A stretch of 64,000 nucleotides of DNA, taken from IMG/VR virus record IMGVR_UViG_3300020456_000005; one strand, written 5' to 3'. The stretch's first letter is position 1. Each line of letters starts with the position of its first letter. Below, in pieces: positions 9,901 to 18,671 of the stretch. The position numbers and the translations under genes are program-made. The notes under the pieces were generated by a model, which saw only the letters and a list, made by a program, of their open reading frames with translations, ran no database searches and was not told the DNA's origin. The DNA comes from a virus.

Positions 9901-12700
9901 ATCAATTGATCCTAATGTAACGTATACTTTACCTGCATTTGCAACTGTACCAACATTATTTGAAGATTACGAAGATGTATCAGATCCACAAGATGGATTT
10001 GCTGACTACGGACATATTCTTGATACTACTGGTCTTGTCTGTCCATTCGGTCAACTTGATTCACTCAAGGGTACATTGGTTGAGAAGTATGTACGTAATA
10101 CTTCTATCTTCACTGAAAGTACAGTTATCAAGATTGTTGGAGAAGCATTCATTGTTGTTCCACCTCAATGGAACAATATCTCTCCGCCAATCCCAGTCAG
10201 AGGTTCTGCAGAGACTCCATTTGCTCTACGTACATTTGGTGGTGGATCACTATTCGGATTCTCTAGTGCTACCGAGAGTGTCAGATACTCACCAGACGAA
10301 GTACAACTTCTATTCAAAGTATCTCCTGGTCCTTTCAGCAGATTTGTTACCTACGACTGGCAACCTTCTTGGGTATCCGAAGGTACAATTCCAGTTACTG
10401 GAACTGCAGAACCAATTATCAGAACCAGAGCATTCAATGGATCTGGTTCACTATTTGCAATCAACGGTGCAGCGGAATCAGTATCGTTCAACCCACCAGA
10501 TATCACTACGGATATCAAACTATCTGGTGTTGTCGCAGAGAGCTTTACTATTCCTTATGCAGGAACAGGTAGTCTATTCACACTCAATAATCTGGTTGAG
10601 CGTGTACTTGTTCATCACTTCACTACAGGAACAATTCAAGTTTCTGGTGTTGCAGATACTGATAGAACCAGAGCATTTGTTGGTACTGGTACACTCAGGA
10701 AGTTTGCTGGTGCTTCTGAATCTCTTACTGTTAATCCAGAAGAGAAGCAGATGCTCTTCTCCTTTACTGGAGAACTCAAAGAAGCATTCATTGCAAATCC
10801 ACCAGAAGAAGGAACAGAGATCAAACTTTCTGGAACTACAGAACCAGAAATTCTCACATTTGCAGAGCAACCATTCGGTACAATCTCTGTATTTGGAGTT
10901 GCCAAAACTCATTATGTTCCAAGTGTTGTTGGTACTGGTACATTCAGGAAGTTCTCTGGTGCATCCGAATCTCTCACTGTCAACCCAGACGAGAAGCAGA
11001 TGCTCTTCTCCTTTACTGGAGAAGGAAGCGAGACTCATACCGAGAACTATGTCGGTATTGAGAAGGCAATCAGAATTCGCAGAGGTGCGCTATCTGACTT
11101 TGAGACCTTTGACTGGCAACCATCTTGGGTTACTTCTGGTACTATCCCAGTCAGTGGAGAAGCAAAGACAAACTTCAGTCTACTACACAATGGTTCTGGT
11201 TCACTCAGAAAACTATCTGGAGCAGCAGAATCTCTTACTGTCAATCCAGAAGAAAGACAGATACTCTTCTCGTTCACTGGAACAAGAATTGCAGAGACTA
11301 CATCTGTTGTTGAATTTAGTTCTGGTACTCTATTCGGAATCGGTGGTCTATCCGAATCCTTCGCTGCATCGCCAGAATCACTTGTTAACCTGAAAGTTTC
11401 TGGTGAAGTATTCATCAGATTCGTTCCTAACAATGTTGGATTTGGTAATATCTTTGCTATCAGTGGTGCTGCTGAATCCATCACCTTTAATCCTGATGAG
11501 AAACAGATGCTCTTCTCCTTCACTGGAGAAGCATCCGAATCCTTCAGTGTTGCTGAAGTTAAACAGGTTGAGATTGATATCACTGGTGATGGTGAAGAAG
11601 TCTTCTCCGCAATTTACACAGGTTCTGGATCCGCTAAGGTATCTGGTGATGTATTTGAAAGATTTGTACCAAACTACGTTGGTTTTGGTACACTCAGAAA
11701 GATTTCTGGTGCATCGGAATCTCTTACTGTCAATCCAGAAGAGAAGCAAATGCTATTCTCCTTTACAGGAGAAGGTACAGAAAGAGTTCTCGTCAGAGAA
11801 ATCAGCAAGGGTGGAACATTTACTTTCTCTGGTACATCTGGAGATCCTTTACTATCATTTGCGGAACAACCATTTGTTCAAACAAAGATCAGTGGCAAGG
11901 TATTCTTTACCACTCACCGCAGTATCTTTGGTACTGGTTCACTCTTTGGATTTGGTGGAGCAGCAGAATCTCTTGGAGTTACACCACCTACAGAACAAGT
12001 TCTGTTCAAGGTGTCTGGAGATTCTATCAACAAAATCTCCGTATTGCATGTTGGTTCTGGTTCATTCAGAAAACTATCTGGTGCAGCAGAATCTGCTACC
12101 TTCAACCCCGACGAGAAGCAAATGCTCTTCTCGTTCACTGGAGAAGGAACAGAAAATACTACTGCAAGAGAAGTCAGTCAAGGCGGACTATTCAAGGCAT
12201 CTGGAGAAGCAGGTGTTCTCGTCAGATTTGCACACACTGGAGAAGGAACTATCTCTGTCAGTGGGGATGCACACACTACAAGAGCGAGAGACTTTGTTGG
12301 ATTCGGTACTATTCCAACTCTGTCTGGTTCAGCAGAATCTCTTACTGTCAATCCAGACGAAACTCAGATGCTCTTCTCCTTCCACGGAGAAAGAATTTCC
12401 GAGAAAATTACTGCAAGAGAACTTGGAGTTCCTGGCAAGTTTACAATTCAAGGAACTTCAGGAGATCCATTACTCACATTTGCGGAACAACCATTTGTTA
12501 AGATTGACGTTTCTGGTATTAGTACAATTACCAGAGTCCGCGCATATGATGGATATGGTGTTCTATTCGGATTCCTTAATGGAGATGAAGCATTCGCTCC
12601 TGCTCCACATGTTTCTTCTGGAACAATTAGTATTTCTGGACGCGCACTTGTACAAGTCCAGTTGTTCCAACCACCACGCACTTATGTCTGGATGATTTAA
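6953..12700 (+). CDS. Large repetitive virion structural/fibre protein (1915 aa)
   Basis: Many GxGxLxxxSGAxESxTxNPxEKQMLFSFxGE repeats and DYG motifs; lies in the tail region. Confidence 0.75.
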   Translation: MAVYSYSTTGIFPSIIRFNTNVGLGSFSYVYEPSIIDLYSEIDYGTLSFNPTPVTTTETVDVDSLNATLSNTVLSDTGTGTGTTGGFNIGRHIRFNSTNSPRTVEFSLPNDINSSLTFEVIRGNDTNGGEDPDTGTESLNLEYYDGSSWISIDIVVEYNDASFNTLKSVEITIPSVARTAGTQFRLIQPAHSGNNWDHYGFKSLTYTYTYTPTLSTINLGSITDLNATIEDRGRVVYVTNVESFGFVKVVSEASWKATNTYEGTGIAFTFGRQTSPAVYGYIVDGKVKGLGGTSLGVFSGKHDGAGTTSILGQSPIGIGVGIFGSGNLFTIASADDAFLPTWTSRGYISKITGAARDITLVHETGFGNLFTFSGGQQRATNAFAGSGGLKLVSRKPELSELSDEKHTERYINDSIVEFSKADYGYLTICHPSDIEDVSGTLDGESSGCIVRVGSTASVDLGTTYSVSQGANSPSNFIDYGLVSEPAAPQIDFGHILTTSNLIPFGLFTFDPHNGAAYAFNPTWTSRGYISKLTGEASVPLDVSVFGTGTIRKLGGDSITNFALLQPGDGLFGFHSESQIGIGVGIFGDGSIPTLSGAADSVTYNPEEKDLLFSFNGEATSAFNPNWVGSGVLFTLQSAVERTVYDYVGSGRIFGFNNLEEKKVYDYNCSSIVPFPENDYGFIINTSAITCVDVDGVISSNETPTSGCIKVLNSLTIDQGVTYSVRPQNTIAANTIDYGLVPENASPLADFGHILGTPRLGLPGCIYGQIDVFGEAQVAFTPNYITRGFIHLSGEGRVPLFASEIGGGTIKIGGESKTNFSLLSPGDGLFRLVSDITVGITIGIKGSGNLFAYSGGAESTTSVPPTEEPIFTFVGTSGDPGIRLAHEGSGSLFAISGGDLRVQYAYETTGSISLCSKKPELSELSEEKHTEVYSMDLCIDQPELDYGRIVDLSATVVCVDVDGNISTSTSAGTGCTRVTQGSTLSIDPNVTYTLPAFATVPTLFEDYEDVSDPQDGFADYGHILDTTGLVCPFGQLDSLKGTLVEKYVRNTSIFTESTVIKIVGEAFIVVPPQWNNISPPIPVRGSAETPFALRTFGGGSLFGFSSATESVRYSPDEVQLLFKVSPGPFSRFVTYDWQPSWVSEGTIPVTGTAEPIIRTRAFNGSGSLFAINGAAESVSFNPPDITTDIKLSGVVAESFTIPYAGTGSLFTLNNLVERVLVHHFTTGTIQVSGVADTDRTRAFVGTGTLRKFAGASESLTVNPEEKQMLFSFTGELKEAFIANPPEEGTEIKLSGTTEPEILTFAEQPFGTISVFGVAKTHYVPSVVGTGTFRKFSGASESLTVNPDEKQMLFSFTGEGSETHTENYVGIEKAIRIRRGALSDFETFDWQPSWVTSGTIPVSGEAKTNFSLLHNGSGSLRKLSGAAESLTVNPEERQILFSFTGTRIAETTSVVEFSSGTLFGIGGLSESFAASPESLVNLKVSGEVFIRFVPNNVGFGNIFAISGAAESITFNPDEKQMLFSFTGEASESFSVAEVKQVEIDITGDGEEVFSAIYTGSGSAKVSGDVFERFVPNYVGFGTLRKISGASESLTVNPEEKQMLFSFTGEGTERVLVREISKGGTFTFSGTSGDPLLSFAEQPFVQTKISGKVFFTTHRSIFGTGSLFGFGGAAESLGVTPPTEQVLFKVSGDSINKISVLHVGSGSFRKLSGAAESATFNPDEKQMLFSFTGEGTENTTAREVSQGGLFKASGEAGVLVRFAHTGEGTISVSGDAHTTRARDFVGFGTIPTLSGSAESLTVNPDETQMLFSFHGERISEKITARELGVPGKFTIQGTSGDPLLTFAEQPFVKIDVSGISTITRVRAYDGYGVLFGFLNGDEAFAPAPHVSSGTISISGRALVQVQLFQPPRTYVWMI
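10680..12350 (+). repeat. Intragenic degenerate direct repeats (about 7 copies of the ESLTVNPEEKQMLFSFTGE coding unit)
   Basis: e.g. GAGAAGCAGATGCTCTTCTCCTTTACTGGAGA is identical at about 10742 and 10991; related copies at about 11250, 11500, 11740, 12112 and 12325. Confidence 0.8.
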
Positions 12701-12738
12701 TTAGATAAATACATTTTAGAAAAACTGTGCGTTAAATA

Positions 12739-13197
12739 ATGACCACTCAGGTACAATTTAGAAAAGGCACGACTTCCGAACACGCTCTGTTTACTGGAGC
12801 GAATGCTGAAATTACAGTTGATACTAAAAAGAAGACAGCTGTTGTACATGATGGTAGTGATATTGGAGGTTTTGAACTCCAAAGAGCAAGGTGGGAAGTC
12901 ATCAATACAGATCAACAATTAGTCTGTGGTATTAGATATCTTCTTGATACTTCGTCAGCTCCACTTGCTTTGACCATGCCATATGAGTCTGCAGGTGTTG
13001 TTCCTCATGTGGGAGATATGCTAGAAGTCGTTGACTTCAAAGCAAACTGGGCTATAAATAATGTTACGTTAACAGCTAGTAGTGGACAGCTATTCTTGAA
13101 CAAGTTTGGAAATACGGATAGTGAATTTATTCTGGACGTTGCTGGTTTATATGTTCAGTTTATCTGGGACGGAACTTACTGGAGGATCTTAGCATGA
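12739..13197 (+). CDS. Tail-fibre adaptor: Mtd_N-like N-terminus plus T4 gp34/gp9-like repeat
   Basis: N-terminus VQFRKGTTSEHALFTGANAEITVDTKKKTAVVHDG resembles the Bordetella phage Mtd N-terminal domain; C-terminus has YLLDTS...VGD..EVVD...LDV..V.FIW..W. Confidence 0.65.
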   Translation: MTTQVQFRKGTTSEHALFTGANAEITVDTKKKTAVVHDGSDIGGFELQRARWEVINTDQQLVCGIRYLLDTSSAPLALTMPYESAGVVPHVGDMLEVVDFKANWAINNVTLTASSGQLFLNKFGNTDSEFILDVAGLYVQFIWDGTYWRILA

Positions 13198-13562
13198 GTT
13201 TATATCTCAGCGCAAGTACTGCAACGCAAGAACAAGCAGTTGCAAATTCTAATGACTTTACCGTACACGCTCTGCGAAGAGATAAAGACGGAATGCTTCA
13301 TTATACAAAAGCAAGATCAACGGAGGATAACGTTGTTTTTGATTTCCATAGAACTGATGGAGAAGAATATGAAGATTTTCTCCAAGGAAAAGAGTATGTC
13401 CTTGCTGATGCAGGTGACAAAAAATACACAAACGACCCTGATGATAAATACCAGCAGTTCAGGTTTGACTTCAGACGTATCACCTATTTTATAGATGGTG
13501 ACGGTTACTTAGTCGCAAGGCTAAATAAAGAATATGATCATAACACTCAAGGACCTAAGTAA
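13194..13562 (+). CDS. Hypothetical/structural protein
   Basis: ATGA-coupled ORF with upstream TATAAATA at 13053-13060. Confidence 0.65.
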   Translation: MSLYLSASTATQEQAVANSNDFTVHALRRDKDGMLHYTKARSTEDNVVFDFHRTDGEEYEDFLQGKEYVLADAGDKKYTNDPDDKYQQFRFDFRRITYFIDGDGYLVARLNKEYDHNTQGPK

Positions 13563-13573
13563 GGATTTAAAAA

Positions 13574-16500
13574 ATGGCAGATTTTAGACTCGGCAGACTG
13601 AAGTTTAAGTGGCGCGGTGATTGGGCGGCGTCTACTGCATATGTCATTGACGATATTGTCAAGTACGGTGCAAATGCGTACGTCTGTACCACCAATCACA
13701 CTTCCGCAACTTCGGAGAATTCTTTTTATTCTTCCGACTTAGGGAATTGGGATCTTCATACAGAAGGTCTTAGAAATCGTGGTGACTATCAAACCACTGG
13801 TGTTTGGTACGCTCTAAACGATCTTGTCAAGTATGGCAATACCGTATATCGTGCTACTACGGCACATGTCGGTCCTGCTACCTTTGACTTCACTAAGTGG
13901 GCAGTATATTCTGAAGGTCTGAACTTTGAAGATACTTGGTCCTCCGCAACTGTTTACCAGAAAGGTGACATTGTAACATTTGGTGGTTACACCTACGTAG
14001 CTCAGCAAAACTCTACGAACGTAGCACCAAATACGGACGAACTATATTGGAAGGTTCTTACGACTGGTTTCTCACCACAAGGTGACTTCGTTGATTCTGA
14101 AGTATACGAGCCAGGTAACCTTGTTAAGTATGGTGGTAATACTTACTCTTGTAAAGTAACCACTACTCCCGAGTCATACGCAATTGATAGCATCAGCGGC
14201 GACGGTAGCGAAGTAACCGTTGTATTTGATGTTGCTCAACCTACCGCACCATTTGGTGTTGGTGATCTAGTAACCCTTGCTGGTACATCTGCTGCTCAGT
14301 ATAACACTTCTTTCCGTGTTAAGGCATGTACAACTACTGGGTTTACAATTGAAAGCACTGAAACTGCTGGCGCTACTGGTGGTACTATTGCTTATATCCC
14401 TTATCCAACTAACACAAGATTCTGGGATCTAGTTCTTGAAGGTCTGAACTGGAACGCTGCATGGAACAATGCTAGCGTTTATCAACTAGGTGATGTCGTT
14501 AACAGAAACGGTAACTCCTACGTTTGTATTAGATCCAATACTACTGGTGCAGCAACTGCTCCAGAACTTGATACCAACGCAGTCTATTGGAACTATGTCT
14601 CCCAAGGTGGTGACGCTGCTCAGGTACTACAAGAAACTGGTGACCTACTTTATCAATCTGCTTCAGGTATTAACAGAATTGCACTACCTGCAAACCCAAA
14701 TACTGCAACTGCAGCGGAACTCCGCGAAGCAAGTGGTCAAATCCTAACTGTTGGTGGTTCCCCAATTCTACCAAGATGGGAAAGCAACAACGTATCTAAT
14801 GCTGTTTATTACGTAACCAAAGAAGGTTCTGATTCAAACAGTGGTAGATCAATCTCCAGAGCATTTGGTTCACTAAAATATGCTTGCGATCACATTGCAG
14901 GACTAACTGGTGCTGATGCTGCTTCTGCATCAAACCCAATTGCAATCTATATTAAAGCAGGTGTCTATGAAGAGACACTTCCTATTGTAGTTCCTGAGTT
15001 TGTATCTCTTGTAGGTGACAACCTAAGAACTTCAATGATTAAGCCTAAGTCAGGCTTTAATTCTGAAACTCAAAATATTACACTAGCAACCGCTGCTGAT
15101 AATTTCCAGTATGGTGATATTGTTTTCAACGGTGCTAGAACTAAGAGTGCTAAGGTCCTTGAGTCCGAATCAAATGTAATCACAATCCAACAGGTTACTG
15201 GTGGTGCGTGGAATAGTGCAGATACGTGGACAAATACTCTTTCCAACTCATCTGCTGATGCTGCAAATTTACTTGTAAGCAACAAAGATTTCCTTGCACA
15301 TTATGCATACTATAAGTTTGTTCTTGATCAATCTGCTAATCCAACTGGTGCTGGTGCAGACATCAGAGCAAGACTTGCAGAATTTGTCGTAGAACTTGCT
15401 GCTCAAGTAAGATCTGGTGGTAACGATAGAGTTCATGCATTTGCTGTAGATGTAATTGCTGGCGGTGCTAATGCTATTACTACTGTTGGTTCGGAAGATA
15501 AGACATTACTTGATACTCTCCGTGATGCTGCTGTTAAAGTAGTTAAAAATGAAACTGTAGGAGCTGTTGCTGGTAATACAGAAAACCAAGTTATTGACAA
15601 TACAATTACTCAAGATCCTGCTTTCTGTGCAACTCAAACTGCCGCAGTTGCAACTTTATGTGACTTAGCTGCAGGTTCAATCCTTGCTGGATCTCCTACT
15701 ACAACAGTTAATCAAAATGCTTATATTGCAATAACAACTGCTGCTGGTATTCCTAACCAGGAATCCACAATGTTCTTCCTGTCTTCACACAATACCGTTA
15801 AGGATATGGTATTTGAAGGCATGTCTGGATTCGTTCCTTATGGTCCAGATGATAAGAACACTGATCATGGAACTCTCAAAGGTGTCTACTTCAGACTTAA
15901 TCCAAATTCCCCAATTACCAAGTCACCTTATGTACAGAACTGTGCCGCTATCGGTGGTGCTGCTGTAGGTGTCGTTCTTGATGGTGGTACTCACGAGAAG
16001 TATGACAATGATACAGTCAAGTCAAACAAATCAATGGTGTTTGACTCCTACACCCAGATCCTTGATGGTGGTATTGGTTTCTATGTAACCAGAGGTGCTG
16101 CAACTGAAATTGTTTCTTCCTTCACATACTATTGTCACATTTCTTACACCTCTACACGAGGCGGTAGAATTCGTGCTGTTTCTGGTAACTCTTCTTACGG
16201 TAAGTATGGTTGCGTATCTAGAGGATTTGACGCTAATGAAGTTACCGTTGATGGTAAGGTCAAGGGTGGTCGCTTAGAACTCAACCCTGCTGCTGCTAAA
16301 GATGGCGGATTTACTCCTGGTGAGAGAATCATCGGTGGTACTTCAGGTGCAGTTGGTGAGTTGATCAGTGATCAATCTCCTTCCAACTACCTCTATTACT
16401 TCCCAGTTAAGGGAACCTTCGTACAGAATGAAGTTGTCACTGGACAAACTTCATCTGCATATGTAACTCTCGTTAATAACACTGATGCAGTCACTGGACA

Positions 16501-18265
16501 GAAAGGTTTCGTACTTACTGTTGTTGATCTTGCTGCTGGTCCTGACCAAGGTGGTTCTGTTGAATTGCAGGACAACGGAGTTAATGATGACGCTGGTTCA
16601 TACGTTATCTCCAACTCCAGCTACACTGCTCCAGATGGTAGAGGTTCTCTAACCGTCAACAGAGGTGCTCTAGGATCTACTGCAGCAGCTCATGATGGTA
16701 CTACATCTATTACACACTATCCAGAGAACGCAACTGCTGTAACAACTACATTGAGTGGTGCTATCAACTCAACCTCAACAGGTACTGAAGCAGCACCATA
16801 CATCATGGGTGTTGATAGTGTTACTGGAATGATTGCAAATGGTTACGTTGTTGTTAATCAGGAACTCTTTAAGGTTGTAGCAATTATCGCTGCAGACCAG
16901 ATTGAGGTTGCTAGAGCACAAGACGGAACGATTGCACAAAACCACGCACAAGGCGATGCGGTAACAATTTATCAGACAAAGGTTACTTCTCAGGATGAAC
17001 TGATTGAAGATACAACTGATGCTCAATTGGCCCTTCGTGTTAAGCGTGCAGACCTCAACTTTGAGGCAAATGATTATGTCAAGATTGACAATGAATTCTT
17101 CCTTATCTCTGCAGTAACTCCTGATACTACTGGTATTACTACACTTCTCTTCTCTGATGAGAAAGTAATTGCTGCAGGCGATGGACAAGACTTTAAGATT
17201 CGCTATCGTTATTCACAGGTCAGACTAACTGCTCACGACTTCCTAGACGTTGGTACTGGAAGCAAAGCAAATACTAATTGGCCTGGTCTACCTCTATCAC
17301 CAAACGTTCCTTCATACGAGACTGATGAATCCCGTCCAGGTCGTGTTTACTACGTATCCACGGACCAAGATGGTAACTTCGCAGTTGGTAAGTACTTCAG
17401 AGTTGAACAGGCAACTGGTAAAGCAACTCTAGACGCTTCCGCGTTTGACCTATCTGGTCTATCAAGTTTGAGACTTGGTTCTATCGGTGCTCAGTTGGGT
17501 GCTGCTATTAACGAGTTCTCAACTGACGGCACGATGGCGCAGAACAGTAACGAGAAAGTTCCTACTCAGGCAGCAGTCGTTACTTACATCAGCAATCTAA
17601 GCGGTGTTGATTCTGACTTTAGCATTGGTGGTAACCTCACTGTTAAGGGAACTACAACAACAGTTTCTTCTGTTACTGTTACTTCAAAAGACCGTAACAT
17701 TGAACTTGGTACTGTTGCTTCTGGATCTTTCACTGGTGATATTGCTGCTGGTTCAACTGATATTACAAACGTTAGTGACACCACAAACCTCGCACCAGGA
17801 GTTGCTATTTCACTAACCAGTGGTGGTGGCACAGTTACCATGTCTGGTTCTTATACAGTATCTTCTATCTCAGGAACTACAGTTACTCTAAGTGCTGTAT
17901 TCCAAGGTAGTGGTAGTGCAACTGGTGCATCATTCACTGCTGGTGGACCTTCAGATGTCACTGGCGACGGTGGTGGTATTACTGTAAAAGCTGGTAACGA
18001 CAAGTCTATTTCTTGGTCTGCATCTGGTGATAAGTGGGTGCTTTCCGAGCACGTTGATATTCCTGCTTCTAAGGAATACCACATTGATGGAACCTCTGTT
18101 CTATCTGCAACTGCTGTACTAGGTAAGTCATTTGACAATGATACAACCCTTGGCGCTGGATCTGCGGATGATGCATCTGTTCCTACTCAATTAGCAGTTA
18201 AGACATACGTTGACAGTCAAACTCAAGAAGTAACTGCTATCGGTTATTTCATTGCAGCAATGTGA
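13574..18265 (+). CDS. Long tail-fibre-like structural protein with N-terminal CBM5/12-like repeats and a beta-helix-like region
   Basis: Repeated W...T.Y..xD.V.Y.G..Y.C motifs; YYVTKEGSDSNSG and IYIKAGVYEE..P beta-helix start; C-terminal VPTQxAVxTY motifs. Confidence 0.75.
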   Translation: MADFRLGRLKFKWRGDWAASTAYVIDDIVKYGANAYVCTTNHTSATSENSFYSSDLGNWDLHTEGLRNRGDYQTTGVWYALNDLVKYGNTVYRATTAHVGPATFDFTKWAVYSEGLNFEDTWSSATVYQKGDIVTFGGYTYVAQQNSTNVAPNTDELYWKVLTTGFSPQGDFVDSEVYEPGNLVKYGGNTYSCKVTTTPESYAIDSISGDGSEVTVVFDVAQPTAPFGVGDLVTLAGTSAAQYNTSFRVKACTTTGFTIESTETAGATGGTIAYIPYPTNTRFWDLVLEGLNWNAAWNNASVYQLGDVVNRNGNSYVCIRSNTTGAATAPELDTNAVYWNYVSQGGDAAQVLQETGDLLYQSASGINRIALPANPNTATAAELREASGQILTVGGSPILPRWESNNVSNAVYYVTKEGSDSNSGRSISRAFGSLKYACDHIAGLTGADAASASNPIAIYIKAGVYEETLPIVVPEFVSLVGDNLRTSMIKPKSGFNSETQNITLATAADNFQYGDIVFNGARTKSAKVLESESNVITIQQVTGGAWNSADTWTNTLSNSSADAANLLVSNKDFLAHYAYYKFVLDQSANPTGAGADIRARLAEFVVELAAQVRSGGNDRVHAFAVDVIAGGANAITTVGSEDKTLLDTLRDAAVKVVKNETVGAVAGNTENQVIDNTITQDPAFCATQTAAVATLCDLAAGSILAGSPTTTVNQNAYIAITTAAGIPNQESTMFFLSSHNTVKDMVFEGMSGFVPYGPDDKNTDHGTLKGVYFRLNPNSPITKSPYVQNCAAIGGAAVGVVLDGGTHEKYDNDTVKSNKSMVFDSYTQILDGGIGFYVTRGAATEIVSSFTYYCHISYTSTRGGRIRAVSGNSSYGKYGCVSRGFDANEVTVDGKVKGGRLELNPAAAKDGGFTPGERIIGGTSGAVGELISDQSPSNYLYYFPVKGTFVQNEVVTGQTSSAYVTLVNNTDAVTGQKGFVLTVVDLAAGPDQGGSVELQDNGVNDDAGSYVISNSSYTAPDGRGSLTVNRGALGSTAAAHDGTTSITHYPENATAVTTTLSGAINSTSTGTEAAPYIMGVDSVTGMIANGYVVVNQELFKVVAIIAADQIEVARAQDGTIAQNHAQGDAVTIYQTKVTSQDELIEDTTDAQLALRVKRADLNFEANDYVKIDNEFFLISAVTPDTTGITTLLFSDEKVIAAGDGQDFKIRYRYSQVRLTAHDFLDVGTGSKANTNWPGLPLSPNVPSYETDESRPGRVYYVSTDQDGNFAVGKYFRVEQATGKATLDASAFDLSGLSSLRLGSIGAQLGAAINEFSTDGTMAQNSNEKVPTQAAVVTYISNLSGVDSDFSIGGNLTVKGTTTTVSSVTVTSKDRNIELGTVASGSFTGDIAAGSTDITNVSDTTNLAPGVAISLTSGGGTVTMSGSYTVSSISGTTVTLSAVFQGSGSATGASFTAGGPSDVTGDGGGITVKAGNDKSISWSASGDKWVLSEHVDIPASKEYHIDGTSVLSATAVLGKSFDNDTTLGAGSADDASVPTQLAVKTYVDSQTQEVTAIGYFIAAM

Positions 18266-18266
18266 T

Positions 18267-18274
18267 TATAAATA
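18267..18274 (+). promoter_or_regulatory. T4-type late promoter TATAAATA
   Basis: Exact consensus upstream of 18319; AAGGAG SD follows. Confidence 0.8.
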
Positions 18275-18318
18275 ATCAAAACACTCTAAAGTCCGATCAT
18301 AACAAGGAGAATTAACCA

Positions 18319-18633
18319 ATGGCATCAGGAGTATATGGAAAGGCGGACTTAACCGCCTCTACTTGGACGACACTAGTCGCCGCACCTACATCTGGAACTA
18401 AAGTTTGTACTGTTAACCTATCTAACAGAACAGGATCTAACATTACCGTAAGAATTGCACTCGCATCAACTACTACTGTAACTGATGCTGATTATATTGA
18501 ATATGAAGTAACTCTTCCAGCAAATGGTGTTTTAGAAAGAACGGGTATTGTTCTAGATACCTCAAACGGTATTCAAGTATATGCAGGTGGAACTGGCATT
18601 AGTGCAGTTTCATACGGTATTGATGGTAATTGA
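18319..18633 (+). CDS. Small fibre-tip structural/adaptor protein
   Basis: 104 aa, beta-rich (VNLSNR...YIEYEVTLPANGVLERTGIVL), directly after the fibre gene. Confidence 0.65.
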   Translation: MASGVYGKADLTASTWTTLVAAPTSGTKVCTVNLSNRTGSNITVRIALASTTTVTDADYIEYEVTLPANGVLERTGIVLDTSNGIQVYAGGTGISAVSYGIDGN

Positions 18634-18671
18634 TTCATCATATTGATAACGAACTATAATAGGAAAAACTA

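Noticed and set aside
10680-12350. CRISPR-like array
   Set aside because: Repeats are degenerate, in frame, irregularly spaced and encode protein repeats; no cas genes.
9939-12695. 484-aa and 430-aa overlapping ORFs as real genes
   Set aside because: Composition is the +1 codon shadow of the main gene; no SD or recognisable motifs.
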